Assembly: GCA_036172245.1 (NCBI GenBank)
Contig: JAYWIR010000023.1
Span: 2,232,001 to 2,296,000, forward strand
Reading direction: 5' to 3'
From: Raillietiella orientalis
Lineage: Eukaryota
DNA: 64,000 bases
The position numbers and the translations under genes are program-made. Below the pieces are notes generated by a model that was not told the DNA's origin, did no database searches, and saw nothing but the letters and a program-made list of their open reading frames with translations. Below are positions 25,301 to 39,900 of this stretch, one piece after another (position 1 is the stretch's first letter; every line of letters begins with the position of its first letter).

Positions 25301-26738
25301 CTTTTGTTTTTCCACTTTGTTTTCCCAGTTATCCAGAACACCATTTTTGGAGTACTTCACCTCCTTACTGCCACTGGTTAGTGGTGAAACCTGTCTTCCT
25401 TGTTGTGACAGAAAAAGCAACATGTTGGATGAACGATAGCCAGTCAATTGTAAGATGTCACTGAGATAATATTCACTGATAGGGTATAAGGTACCAGGTA
25501 TATGCAGCATGGCACATCCTGGGAAATAATGAACCAACAGTTGAATGTCCATAGCAGCACTGAGCAATAACAGTCGTAATGACCTATATTGCTGCAGATT
25601 ATCCCGGAGTACCGCAAGCAGCATGTCAGCATATTTGTCTCTTTCATGCACTTCATCAACCAGTACATGCGTCAAGGTTGACAGAGAACTTTCACCACCT
25701 GCCAATGTGCGCAAAAGCACTCCATGAGTACAATACGTGAGTACTGTCTTGGGAGATACTCTGCAGCCTTGCAAAGACCTGCTTTAATCTTCCTACCTGC
25801 TTTCCAATCTGATCTGATAGCCTACAGTATGGCCTAGACGTTCACCTCTTTCAGCAGCTACTCTTTCAGCCACACTCAAAGCAGCAATGCGTCGTGGCTG
25901 AGTACACACAATTCTACAGGCTCTTTTTTTCTCATGATGGTCTTCTAAAATGAACTGAGGAACCTGATGGGCAGGATACTTCACCATTCTATCAATTTTC
26001 TGACCTGGGTAGTTTTACCACAACCTGTAGCTCCAATGATCAGAACAACTTGGTTCTTGTTTAAAAGTTCCAGAATCTGATCTCGATACTCCCAGATAGG
26101 CAATGATCTATCTTGATCATTTTGCATACTTGCAGGAGGTATCAAAGCAACACCAGAATTTAGTCTAGCAGGAGTTCGATTGTTATCTCTTACAAATCCT
26201 ACACAAACTCTTGAGAAACTTCCAGTAAAATATTTACCCTCAGAACCAAGAAAAGGTTCTTTTTCAGTTGCAGGAGTCAACTCCTGTTTTTCTTTGTTGC
26301 TCAAAGGATACTTCTGCAACAAATTCAAAGCCTGCTGCTGTGCTCCAGGTGTTAGTTCAATAGGTGCTTCAATTGACACTATCTTATTAGCATCTTTTTT
26401 GTACACAGTCAAATGACGATTACTTCCCTTTCTTAGAGGGGGAGAGACGAAAAAAACATTGAAAATTTTCAGAAATCGATTACAATACTTTACCCATGAC
26501 TTCGTGACTTAAAGCCCATTTTGAAGGCTACTGAATGAACATACTTTCTTTCTTCTGCTGTAAATGATGAAGGAAAATCTAATTCTAGAAATTGATATCG
26601 ACAACATACTAAATGACGGAACATTATGTACGTACCTTTTCTATCCTCCGACATACGGAAATGCTTCAGCACCAAATTGACAGTTATCTTGATTTCCTCT
26701 CCTACACGATAACTTCTCATGTCTCCTCTAGAACCCAT
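22307..26738 (-). CDS. YTHDC2: 3'-5' RNA helicase YTHDC2 (R3H, DEVH helicase, ankyrin, HA2, OB, YTH), about 1354 aa, 9 exons
   Basis: Exons 26738-26636, 26584-26494, 26431-26238, 26198-26005, 25963-25797, 25760-24981, 24938-23673, 23626-22576, 22525-22307 total 4065 nt with all GT-AG introns and frame kept. Motifs [33 protein letters not shown] (ankyrin), [14 protein letters not shown]...SRDGQELEP (YTH). The intron-3 acceptor is the least certain boundary. Confidence 0.96.
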
Positions 26739-29700
26739 ATTTTTTGATTCAGTGTATCATTTGAAATGCAAAAATTTAACACAGAAGGCTAATTTGTTTT
26801 GTTAAAGATGCAATTCTTAACATAATCTTCACAGTTCGTACACTTTTGAACTTCTAAATATATATCTACCCCGGGTTTAATAACTATAAGGCATACACAA
26901 ATACACCTCTTCGGTTAATGCCATAGAATAAACCTGAAAATTCACTGTTGAATTGTCTTTTTGGATGATTGCATGATTGCAAGGTATTCTGTGACTATGT
27001 GTAACATATCAAAACGATCAACCAGCCGTTAACCCAACATCTGTATTTGAAAACATTCCATTTAACTCAGATAACCGTGTGAGGCTTACGGCGAAACTAC
27101 CTGAATATGGCATAATTTTGGTTTCTATGCAATCATAAAACATAGTTTTTTAGGATTCTGTATTTTAGGTTACTAGCTACAAAAAACATGAAACGTTATG
27201 ATTATGCTGGTTTCTTTTAGATCTGAAACAGCAAATTATTTAGACTTGAACTTTTATACCGATAAATGCGAGAAAGGTGTTTCTTTCGGAAGAAGCACAA
27301 TCTTCAACTTTTTCCGTTGCATAAGGCGGCCGTTGCATGATAAAACAAGTTCTAAATTAAAAGTTCTACTTATAGTCGGAGATTGATTATTTTTGTCGCA
27401 TCAGTTTTTTTTTTTTGAAAGCACATTTCTCTGCAGTATGGAAAGCTTTGTGCAAAAAAACAAATTTTTCCCCTACAGTTAACACCAAAGCACACTTTTT
27501 AAGGGTAAAACTTGATAAACACGAATGCCTCTCTATGCAGATTCTACTGCATGTTATTTATTATATTTCTCTCCTTCTTTCATAGTAATAAAACGATAAT
27601 GATTTATGTTTGATACAAGGATAAAATAAGCATTGGAATAGTGATTTTATTAGAACAAGTACGATAAAGAAAAAACAGGAACACTATAATAAAGGAATTA
27701 GAAAATCTCAATGAAAGAGGTTTGCAAACGAACGAGTTCAAGTAGTTTAATGAGTTTAATTGCTTGTAAAATTTTAATTATAACAAAATACACTAATGAT
27801 ATGCATTCTATCCAAAAATAGCATTTCTGGGAAAAAATTGGCGAAGCATTTTCAAATAAAAAAATTATTTTGAGGATTTGCATATTTGTGGAAGGCATTA
27901 AGCGTTAGGAGACAGCACATATCAGTAATGTATTAATATTCGAACCAACTTTGATGTTTAGAGATTGAGAAATAAATTCCTCAAAACAGAACTGGTTGGG
28001 TAATAACTCTTAGACCCTTAGACTCTAGACATTGCATATTTTCATTAAAGTATAAGAACGAATATGATTCTCGTCATCTTCATGTGGAAAATGACAGCAT
28101 AAGTTGTATTTAATCTGTAAAAACATTAAAACTAAAACATTTGAAAGTCTCTCTTGTGAATCTACACCTAATGGGAGCTAATGTGGACGTCGACATTCCA
28201 CATTGGATTTTCTATAAAGTTAATTTTATTGTTCTAGATAACAGTGGAGAAACGTGATCAATGGAAACTGGAATCAATATACTCATCTATTTTGAGCCCA
28301 AATGGGAAATACAATCTATAGGACTGTATTGAATACAGCTTAAAGTTTATCGCTTCATGTGTTTCCAGTGAGTTTTTATTACTACATGCTTCTTATTTCC
28401 ACTGAGTCAACATAAACATTATGACCTGTTTGTTTGTTTGTTTGTTTCATTGCATGGAAAGATGTTCACATCACTTTGCTTTTTCATCTTTATTAGATAT
28501 ATGAATCTCCAAGCAGCCTCTACATTTCAGGATATTATTATTGGTTTGGAAGCACTTTTTCAACTTTCTATAATGTGATCTCCGGAAACATGCTATTTGA
28601 AAACCTAACCGTCCTAAAAAGTGGGTTATTTACATTATTTTCATACTATTCCATGTGTGCGCATATTCATTCAAAAGTCATATTTTCTATTTCCTCACTT
28701 CTCTGAAGCTCTTTGTAGTTGTTTCCAAACAATGTGAAATTCATTGAGAGCTTTCGTATGTTTTTTTGCGTTGCGTCATCCCTCATTCGAAAAATCTCCC
28801 CATTTGGAGACTTTGAGCACCCCTACTTGACAGGCATTCAGAAATTCATGCTACTTCTCTATCCTTCGCACCCTTAAATCTCCAACTGATCTTGAACTAG
28901 CCTGATGGTATTCAAAATGATGGCAACTATCCTGACTTTTGGGATTACTGTTTTTGGATGGAGTAAAAAAGGATGACAACAGTTGTGTGAAACTTTTCAG
29001 GAGAAGATCCTTCTCAAATACTATCGTTTCACTTTAAATTCAAAGAATAGTTATCACTAGAATTAATGCGTTGAAATGTTATATCCCAAGAAGATACCTA
29101 CACTTTTCGTCCTAAATGAATACATAATGAAAGAAAAAAAAACGATTCATCTGGCTCTAGAACACCAAACGGACTTACTTCAATTTCCCAACTTTCTGAG
29201 GATGAATTTGCGCCAAAAATACTAACATTTGATGTTCCATGTGGAAATTTGAAAGCAGTGAAAAAAATAAAACCAGCTTTCTCGCTTCTATAGAAAATCA
29301 ACTTTCAGCTCATTCAAGGAATTGGCCAAGCAACTCTTGATCAGTCTCAGATGATCCTAAAACTGAAAAGTTAAATAAATCTTCCTTTCAGAGATGAGAA
29401 CTGCATCGTTATGGGAAAAAAAAAAAACATGTGGATCTGATGAAATTTTGTACGAATGCCGTAAAGGTCTTTATCATATAGAATGAAAAATGATCCAAAG
29501 ATTAAAACTTACAATTAATCAGAAATCTTAATTATAAAGCTTTTTCGTGAGGAATTATCATTATAATAGCAGAAAGTACTTCCGATCCCTTTCAAAATGC
29601 ACAAGACTAGTTGATCCTGGTGCTTGCTCTGTCTGCTGTCAGAATGCTTCGTTTGCTGACCTCATAGAGAAGTTCCGGAAGAAACACCAATTATTTCAAA

Positions 29701-30937
29701 GATTTCAACCAAGTGATCTTGAGAAGACTGAAAATTAAATGTAGTATACACCAATTTAATCTAGAAAGTTGAAATCAAATAGTTCCCTAAGGAACTCTGC
29801 TGCGAGGAAATTGGAAGAGCTAGTGAGTCACATTTGATAAAGGTGAATAAGTTCTCAGAATAATAGAAAAATGCATTTTGAAAAGATCAACATTCACGGA
29901 ACGATCATCTTCATCAGGGCCTATTCTCAAATAAGCAGGGACTAATGGCTGGAATTCTGGCAGCCAACAAAACAGACTTAAATTGATGATTTGGTTGAAA
30001 GAACTCACACTGACTCAGCTGTGTTCTAAGCTGAAGAATTTGAAGTTCGGGAAACTTTTGCAGAACCAACGGGCACATGCATTTCACTCTTTTCGTGGTT
30101 CATAGCTGGAGAGTAATTTTGCAACTTATGTTTGGAAAAAAGTATCCAAAGGTCATAAGATAGAAAAGGAACATGGGTACTTCATTACTGAGATTGAATG
30201 GAGAATGGAATCTTCGGTTTTTTTTTTCTTTTTTTTTTTGGAAAGAACCATCTTCATGTCTTCGTGTCGGGCTTTTTGAGTCGAGAAATCAGTAAATTTG
30301 AGAAACGTGCTGAGCGTGATGCTCATTATGAGGCGTTTTGATAATCGTGCGCGAAAGTTTGCAATTTTTGCACTCGAAATATCTCATGGAATTTCGAATT
30401 GAGTGTAGGAGGTGTCTTCAGTGAATTTACTTATTTAGGGGAGATATTTGAAAACCAAGAAACTGCTCGAGCTACACCAGAATTTCGTTGTGCAAGGCAT
30501 CATCTTAGAACGTATAAATTTCCAAAGGCTTGTGACTGAAAGCTGCTTTCTGCTGCATCCGTTGATTCGTAGTTGTTTAAGAAAGCTCATTCGATGTCAA
30601 CTTTTCCAAGCATTTTAGTCGGAAATCTCAATAAATAGATGATTCAGAGGAAATTAATGTGTGTTTTCCTAATTCCTCAGAGTACAACAGAATTTTTTGC
30701 AACAGAAATATTTTTTGCAAAAAAAAAAAAGAAACAAAGAACCAGAGGAAAACAAATCAAGGAATAAACAACTTCGATAATTTGCATTATTACTGTCATT
30801 TTTGTTCTTTCTGGTGACTTATTAATCTTTTCCTGTGGCTACTCCAGTTGCCATGCTCGGGAGAAGGAGATGGCAATATATAAACGCGACCTTTCCATGC
30901 TCAGGAGCCATTTGGGATATGATAAAACAATCTGAAG

Positions 30938-33900
30938 ATGCCTGCATGCATCATCTACCCTTTTGTGATTAGCGGATTTGTTTTGGGTCTATTCCCTGCG
31001 TCAAATGTGCTACTTACTGGAAGAAATTCTCGACTGAGACACAAGTTCTTTAGCTTGCCATCACTTTATGTGGTGGTTCTATGTACTTTTTATGGCTATG
31101 TGGCAGTCACGTCGAAACTGCTTCCTCAACGGGCAGTTCACTCTCAGCTGACTACAAGAATAGTGTCAAACCTCGCTCATATATCCATTGCTATCAAACA
31201 AATAGTTATAGTTTTGTGTTACAACGTACGCTGTTCCAAACTTATTACGGTTTATTATTCTTTGTCTGCCCTCGACAAGCTTTTGAATCTCTCTAGAGAT
31301 TTGCAAGTAAAATTGAACCGACAGTCTCTGTTATTTACAGTGCTTTGCTTAGCATCTTTCTCCTTCTGTTTTTTGCTAACAATTTTGTGCCATTTATCAG
31401 AAAATATGTCTTCATCCTGGATGTCACAGTATGTGTTTTTAGCAGTGGATTTCTCCCTAAGTTTGTACCTCGTCTTGCAAATTGTCTTGATGTGCAACTT
31501 GCTGCAATCACGGTTCCTGTTTCTAAACCAGGAAACAGTCTCAGCACTTAAGAATTGTCTTCCAAGATACATAGAGACAGCCATGTGCGCAGCTGATTTT
31601 CTCAGAAGTAGAACTCCAAAAATGAGGGAGCTTCAGCAAGTTTATTTTTCTCACCAAGAGTACATGAAAGTGGCTGAAGAGTTTTTTGACTGTGTCAAAG
31701 TGCAACTATTCGCCCTTGGAGTGTTCAACTTCTTGGAAATTCTTTGGGGCTCGTACATAGTTCTTTTTTCAGACATCAGTTCTCAACTGGACATGAGAAC
31801 AAGTGTCCTCATAGGAGTGCTCACCTTTGCGAATTATTTGTTTCTCTTCGTGTGTACATGCTTTGTGCACTTCCTCGTGGAAGAGGTAAGCTTCTCCTTT
31901 CACTCAGCATGTGAGAAATGTGAAAGTCTGAACGCATACTGTATTCTGACAGCCTTGAGATCATTTCGCTCGAACTAAAGAATTTCGCAGTCTTCAAAAT
32001 TGTGTCTCACTCTCAGAATAAGTTTTCAAGTCTTGGAAAAAGATATTACTAAAGAAAAGAGGAGAGCGAGAGCTATTGGTCCGAAGATTTTGTTGAAGGG
32101 GAAGATTTCACTAGGCTGTTGCTAGCAGTTCCTTTCAAGGAAAGGCAATGCGAATAGGTATTGCTCTTAAGTGACGCACGAAACCTCAAAGCATTAGGAG
32201 TCGGAATATCTTCTTACTTTCAAACCTCTGTGGGACGATTCTACAAAGGAAATGGCTCTAACTGTCCCGTGTTTCATGTTAAGCTTTTGCGCGTATTTGA
32301 ACTCTGCTTCAATTTAAATTCAAAGCATTTTGCATACTACGTATATGAATTTGTGTTAACGAGCACTGAAGAGAACCAATGAGAACAGCAGCAAAATTTC
32401 TGCTTCCATGAGTTCAACAAGTGAACCTGTCTAATTAGAATCTGCTTGTTCACTTACTGAATGATACAGATGAGGGAAATAGGCGCGTGTGACGTCGAGA
32501 ACCGTTCAGGGTTAACTCCGCTCTCACTTTAAAGCCGAAGCACTGGCTTGAACTTTAATAATATGGTTATTTGGAGCACAAGAGCAGTTCATCTTAGAGG
32601 ACAGCCGACTGTTTCCTAAGTCATAGGCAACAGTGGTAGTGCATCCTTTTCTTGAAGCTGAATGCTTTAGAATGTGCAAAGTGGGCAAATTTCGAAGTCT
32701 TCCGACGCACAGAACTTCATTCAGTAGACAAAGAGGATTCCAATTCAGTGAGGTGCTTGCTATGTTGTCAGCATTCATAAAGATCCCTGACTTTAACAAA
32801 CATTGGAACAAAAACTCCGAAAAAAAAATAGCTAATCGAAAAATAGGTTTTTTTTAGAACATTGTATTCTTCAGGATCCTTGTCTGGATGAAACCAGAAG
32901 GTTGACATCTTGAAATTCGAAGGAAAGCTTGATGGTGTTTCAACAGCTGGATGTCATCATCACAGAGCAAAAGAATGAGACATACTCGTAAAGATGTGAT
33001 AATTCTGTCCACTCTCAGGAGGTCACGGTAGAGATGATAAACACTGAAAGCAAAAAAGTCAAGGTAATGAGAGCAGAAGTCGGAGCCAAGGGAGAGTCAA
33101 TATGCGTTCGAAACCTCAAAGCATTAGGAGCATCAAACTGTAGCTTTTAAACAGTCCAAGCATTTCACTGAAATCATTGAAACTCAGTGATTCCGGTTTC
33201 ACCGTGTGCTTGGAACCTAAATCTGTGATTTTGGCAAGAAATACACACCGACTCGAGCATCAAACGGTAACTCTTAAATAGTTCGTGGAAAACTCCAGAA
33301 GAGAAATCAATCCAAGCACTAGAAAGCTTCAGCCTAGAAAAGGAAATTTCCTTTTAGAATTAATAAGCTTATCAGTAAGCTTCAAATTTTATGACGAAAA
33401 AAGTTCTGAAGCTGAGGAACAGAATTTCCTCAGCACTTTGGGCAGTAGTTAGCCTTTTTCAAAAACCTGTCTTCGTTTTGCTCCAGTCCAAGCGATTCAG
33501 TTCTCTTCCGCCTTAAACTTAAAAGCAGAAAGGAGCTGAATCACAAATGAAAAAAATTGGTTTTGATTGCACATGCTGTCACTTAACTTTGTACTTGGAA
33601 TTAATTCCGGCACTCTAGGGCTGTCCCGTTTCTGAAGCTCTTGCCGCAAAGTCTGATTGGGGCTTGTCCGGAAACCGCGATTGCACATGGAAGGTGAAAT
33701 CGTGGTTTCCAGACAGATCTCTCATAAAACGTATGAAATCAGCCAAGCCTAGTGTGTAAATTTGAAAAAAAAAACAGGGCGGGAAGTCAGGAAATCAACA
33801 GCGCTTTCTTGTTGAAGCGATAAGCTGGAAGGAATTAATGAGATGACACGAATGCGTCTTGTCAAGGAAACGAACGCTTTTCAAGAAAGGGAAAACAAAA

Positions 33901-36900
33901 AAGAAAATATCTGGAAAGGCTACACTACTTCTTGCAGAGGATTCAAACTTCTGGATTTCAGTTAGCACCCATCTGATGAGATAAATGATTGCATGGACAC
34001 GAAGGTATGATAGAAGAAATACCAATGTGATAGCATAATTGACAATCTATCCAGATCGCAGTGCTATATCAATGTCTTTCAGTTACTGACTGCAGATATT
34101 TATTTTCTTTCATGATGAAATTGTGCCTCGTCAAAATACTGCTAGATCCATTGGTGTATATTCAAGGTTTTCGAGCTACTACCATATTATTATCAGAGTA
34201 AATACTACATTACACCTGCTGGTACTAATTTAGACCAACCGTTATGGGAATGGTCACCTCTACTCTCCTGTCAAGTTGTAAATGACCGAAATGCTGTCGA
34301 TGAACAGTAATTTAGAGAGCATCTCGTGATCTGCTAGTGGCAGAGAGATACAAAATAGGTGATGCTGGATTGCTTGCTTCTTAATAGAAGATTCAGGGGC
34401 AATCTAGATTTCCCTCCAACTATGCCGAAGCGTTACAAATAGATTCCTCTTTTTTTGTTTTTTCAATTCCTTTTCTCATCTTTTCAAAATCAGCCATGAA
34501 TTTTTCGAGGGTGATCTTGCAAAGCTTTCAGAGATGCGAACTGAATTCTCGGAGACAACTGTCTCGCTGCTTTATTATTATTTCGACACTGAAGTTGCTC
34601 ACCCATCAAGAACACATGAAACGCATTATGAAATGCGTCATTTCTTTGGGGTCCCTTGGCAAGCGATTGCCATCTTTTCCCATGACGACCTTATTAGACA
34701 CTCTTGTTTAGTGCTCCTTTGAAGAGTATTTTCCTTGTCCAAAAAAAAACGTTGCTCCTTTCGTAATGTCTTCTCGGTCACTCCTTTGATGATGTAATCT
34801 GAATGCGACGCTACTGATACGATTGTAAGGAATGTAGAAAATCCCTTTTTCGCATGCAAACCGATACACACCGACGAAGATAAGAAAGAGCATGAGTGGT
34901 GGAGACGTGAATAAATATGAATAGCAGTGAATAAATATGTCCACAAGTGCAATCTTTTTTTCATAGAAACTTTGAAGAGGAACTCGCGTAGGTCGCCTGC
35001 ATCCTTGCAGCTATACAGGAAACCGCGAAAGGGGGGATGACTGGAAACGTACGTCCGCGAAAGACAAGGGAAACCTACGGAAAATACCGGATGAGTTTGG
35101 TCTCCTTGTTACGCCGTGTGTTGCAATCACTATAGAAAATGACAGATTCGGAAATTGACACTTTGTTCACCTGCATGTCTGTTTACGAACTCGTGGTGCT
35201 AAAAAATGGAACACGGCTGCGAACTTTGCATGGAGGTTTAATTTAATTATTTCCATTTTCGGACTATACAAGATGGGTCTTTTGTACTTTTTTCTCCCTG
35301 CTCCGAGATACACAAGTGTGCCGATGTTTGTTTCTGTTAAATAATTGTGTATTCCTCGAGAAAACCAGCATTTTCAGATGCTGAGAATCATGGCTAAACT
35401 GCCAAAGAAAGCTCACTTCTGAAACATCCGAGTATCTGCACACCTGCTCACTGGTGTTGCATGCAATTCCTGTTTGATCATCGGAGCGAAATGGGGAAGA
35501 AGCAGCTTAGTGTAGTTGAGAGTGCTGAGAAAATTCGCTGGACCTGCTACCGGAACTCATTTCGTGCACTGATTCCCTTGGGAGCGCGGATACCTTCGTG
35601 ACTACTTAACGTCTGCTGCAGTTCTGCTTCTGTGCAGAAAACAAAAGTTTGAGACACCCTGGTGAATGCTCTCGAGATCAAATTCTTGTCGTTCCATCTT
35701 TCTTGACAAGAAGCGCGACGTTCTGCGAGAGTTCAAATCACCAGAATTGTTGAAAGGTCAAATGAGATCTCATAAACATTAGTTATTATTTATTCGACCT
35801 CACCTCAAGTTAAAAAAGCATACAAAGAGGTTTCAGTCCCAAGAAAAATTACAGCTCTCTCACAGGAGGAGGATGGGTTCTTCTCCGATGCCGCTTAAGA
35901 ACAAGGACGTGGCACTGTTTCAATACTTGCGTCCTCTGCACATTTGTTATTGTCTAGGGAAACCGAGGAGAGGGAGTTTATCCTGTGCACTCGAGAGTTG
36001 TCCTTGATAACTTTGGAAAACAAAGAAAAGGCATCCCTATCCTTGTGATTGCGATCCAAGCTTTCTCGGGTCTGACGCAACATTTCCAAACAGCAAAGAA
36101 CTGATACGGGAGGGCAGCTGGCTGCAGCATCCGGCGTTGACAGAGGAGTCGGTCCGAAAGAAGGAGTTTAAACTTTAGGGATTCAGAACGGAGACTCGAG
36201 AAGACAGGATGACGTCATAGTGACTCCAGAGTGGCTGACTGTCCCTTGATAGCACAGCAATTCCGAGGTTATGCGTGCTGGAAAGGAGCAAGGATGGAGT
36301 CTACAGAGAAGGCAGCTACCTAACTTTACCAAACAAACTGAATTGTCAAAGATTCACTTACAGATGAATCTTTGATGCTCGCAACTAGTGCTTGTTTTAG
36401 AAATTAACGCAATCGCTTCATGACAATCAACGCTTCTATGACAGTCCTGACAATCGTAAGAAAGTCTTGTTGTCTCTGCTTGTTTCCCAAAAAGCAAATG
36501 AGGAACAATGGAGGTGTCCCGATTTGTCTGCTTGGTCTTCAGGACTAGCTATTGCCCTCTGTTCGCCTGCTTGCTAAGCTTGGATCGCAATCACAAGGAT
36601 AGGGATGCGTTTTCTTTGTTTTCCAAAGTTATCAAGGACAACTCTCAAGTGCACTGCTTGCTATGTCACCATGTCACCCATGAAATATGAACAATAGAAG
36701 CAACTGTTTTCGTATTGTGATTGTGAGTATACTTCTTATTCCTAGTATGCAAATGCTTGGTGCAGGACCTGGACCTAGATATTTGTCAGCAAGCACAGAC
36801 GATGGCAAAATAGCAAGTAGCCAGAGGGTCCCATCTTTCGACCAGCTAGAAATTGATACTGGGGCACGAGAAGGAATGGTGACAGGTCATTATCGTCGTC

Positions 36901-39900
36901 AATACGGCTATGCGGAAACAGGGAAAAACAAAAGGGAGAAAAAAGTGATGTACAGTGTCCAGTATGTTGAAGAGGCACCAAGAGGAGAAGAGAAGGAGAA
37001 GAGAAGGAGAAGAGAAGGAGAAGACAGGAGTCGAAAAGCCAAAAAGATTCTCGAGGTTTGAGATGTGAAATTCAATTCAGTCAGCGGGAATTTCGCTAAC
37101 AGAAGCCACTCAAAGTGAACTCAAGAAAGCATACCTGCAGCACCACCAAAAAAACGAGATAATGGAATCTCGAGCTAATGGATCCATCAACTTCAAGTTG
37201 ATAGCCGATGTAAGAAACATCCATTGGGCAAGAGAGACTGTAGAAGCAGCGAATCCTGAAATAAGTTTCAAAATAAAACTAGAATAATTCAGAGAGTTTT
37301 AAGAGATCTGCTTTGGAATGATTCAAGTATTCAGCGTGCTGGCAGTCCCGGTCAGACACCTCGCGTTTTGAAGCAACACACTTAAAAGATGCCCACTCTC
37401 AAAAGCAATTGCATTCTTCTACCAGAGTCTAGGGTTCGATGGTGGTGCTAAGAGCATTCAAGGCCCAAAAGCAGATTGCACGAAATGGTGAGTAGCTAAA
37501 TCGTGAGAACGCATTGCTGCTGAATGGTTCGGTTTAATGAAATTGGGTTAATGATTGTATATAACATCTCTGAACACACCGATTCTAAGAGTGAAGCTGT
37601 GGTGAATCAAAATGTCCCTGGGAGATTTCAGAACCGCTCTAAAGCAAGTACGACAGTTGCAACCACAGTATACTAGCTGTGCAGGACAGCTGCTCAGAGG
37701 GTGGTGTCAGGTAGTTGAAATGTCGAAGAGGAATCCTTTGCAAAAACAGGAGAATTAAGTCACCCATGAGAACTTGGGAGAGGGGTCATCAGTCACACTT
37801 GTGAAGAAATTCCATGCACCATTTCTTCCCTGTACTATGTGGCAAGAAAGGCTGATGCATCAAACGTCAAAGATGCCGTTGAATATTTCGGGTGAAGGAG
37901 GAGGATCAACTGCTCTACTGAAAATGCCAGAAACCAATCAAGTGCTCTGAGTTCCTCTCACAAATAATAGAGTCCATTAGCAACAGTCAAGACCGTTAAA
38001 AGTGAACGACTCATAGGTGCATGGGACTATGCGCTCGTTTGGGAGGAGGCATGCTTGTTACCAAATTAGCAAACATTATTGATCCAAAACTGAATAATTA
38101 CTCCTAATGGATACTAGCATGGAGAAAACCACATTTAAAGGCTATTTGGGAAAATCACATGTGCCCCATCCAACAGACATAGTGATTATTGCTCCTATTA
38201 AGTAGTCAGGAGAAATCGGATCCTTTCAACGAGAAAGAGCATGTCTTATATGACCATAACAGAGCTATATGGAATCTTAAAAGGTAATCTTCCGAGAAAT
38301 CTTATCCTGAAACATAAATGACACTAATCTTACTCTAAACCACGCTCTCGTCAAGTAGCTGGAGACCAAAATATCTTGGGAAGTGAACTTTAATCCACTT
38401 TTAATCGCTTTCTCCTATTTGATTCGTTTTCTTTCTGATGTTTCATTAAGAGTAGAATGTGCCAGAAAATATAATTTTTTTGGAGTCGAGCTTGATCATA
38501 TGCACTGTCGCTAAACCTTTAACTCTAAAGAAACTTTCCTTCCTTCCTGATTGAAAAAATAAGTAGAAGTAATTTCAGCTTAGCATAATAAAGCAGTACC
38601 TCATGAAAGCATCAATTTTACACAGTGGAGCCAGTTTTCGATCTTACAGGTCATTTATACATGCGAAGGCTGCTTGCATGTGAAGGTTTCTTCTACGATA
38701 AAGGAGTTTATTATCAGCATGAAATATCAAATATTTCTTTGCATTTACTTTTATCAGAGTTTTTGTATTCCTGTTTGATCTTTGCTAAGAGTTTTGGTTC
38801 TTAGGATAACCAATCTCATTTGGTCTGCATAGCACTGATCTGATCATTTTGAAGCAGTTTGCTGACTAAATCATCAAAGGCGAGAGTTTTCTTGGCGAGA
38901 AAAAATAAGACTAAGTTTCACTATCCTACCGCTCTGTTATAATCTATTTAGGAAGAACCTTCAGCACTTTGAGGCTGATTTCCAGATTCTTTCATGGTTC
39001 CTCATCTTGAGACTCTATTTCTTATAATGGCTCCAGGAAGGATGCGAGAGAAACAATAAGAAAAATGATACAAAAAAAAATCCGCTGTGTTTTCTAATCC
39101 CAAGAATATCCAATAAATCTTCCAAAATACTCTGAGGAGACTTTCTGGACTCTCTCCCTCATACTGCTACCACCGTACGATCATGGGAAGCTGCTACTGT
39201 GTCTCGTGACGCCCAACCACACTGTCATTCTTGCATTTGATTTTTTCCTCCTTGCAGCGAAAAGAATGTCCTGAAAAGAAAGAAAAATCGCTTAGGCAAG
39301 CAAATGCTTTCCTTAGAAACGTAAGAAATCCGCTAACTGCAAACTTAACTTGCAGAAGAAAATGCGCTGCAGGGCAAATTTTCGAATGATGAAGAACTAG
39401 GCAAGAATATACGCCAAAATGGCCGTCTGAATAAAAGCTCTTTCTTCTTTTATTCTGTGATTCATCTTTTTTTCTTTTTCTCACTTACTATTCGAATCTT
39501 GTTATTAGAGCTCAAAGTGCAAGCACCTGATCCCGCTGATTGACCGAGACAGCATGGACTCCCATTCGCTTCTTCAAGTGAGTACTTTTGGCGTTCGAGC
39601 TGTGTTCCGTGAGAACTGATCGATCGTGTTTATGGCTCGTAAAAGTTTAACCGAAAAATCTTGGGGACTTCAACTGCTCCCCTTATACCGTTTGTCTTAA
39701 ATGACGGTTCTCGTCAATGGTTTGCAGCTTGACCAACCACCCTTTGCTGTAGGCTTCTTTTATCTCGAATATGTGAGAGAAAGCAGCACACTGTGAATTA
39801 TTTACCCCTGACGATGTGGTGCAATTAGTTTGTTCTCTCCCATGCCTTCTCTTCCTCACGCCCCCTCCGCAGCCTACCCCATTACGCGATTATCTCCGAA

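Noticed and set aside
31886..31978. C-terminal 30 aa of the 346-aa ORF
   Set aside because: Read-through into the intron after a strong gag|gtaagc donor; not GR-like.
36687..37061. 124-aa ORF with hydrophobic N-terminus and charged tail
   Set aside because: The tail comes from a GA-rich simple repeat; no recognisable family; lies within the inferred GR intron.
39703..39775. LQLDQPPFAVGFFYLEY as a GR penultimate exon
   Set aside because: No suitable acceptor, and a better exon with proper splice sites exists at 42791-42880.
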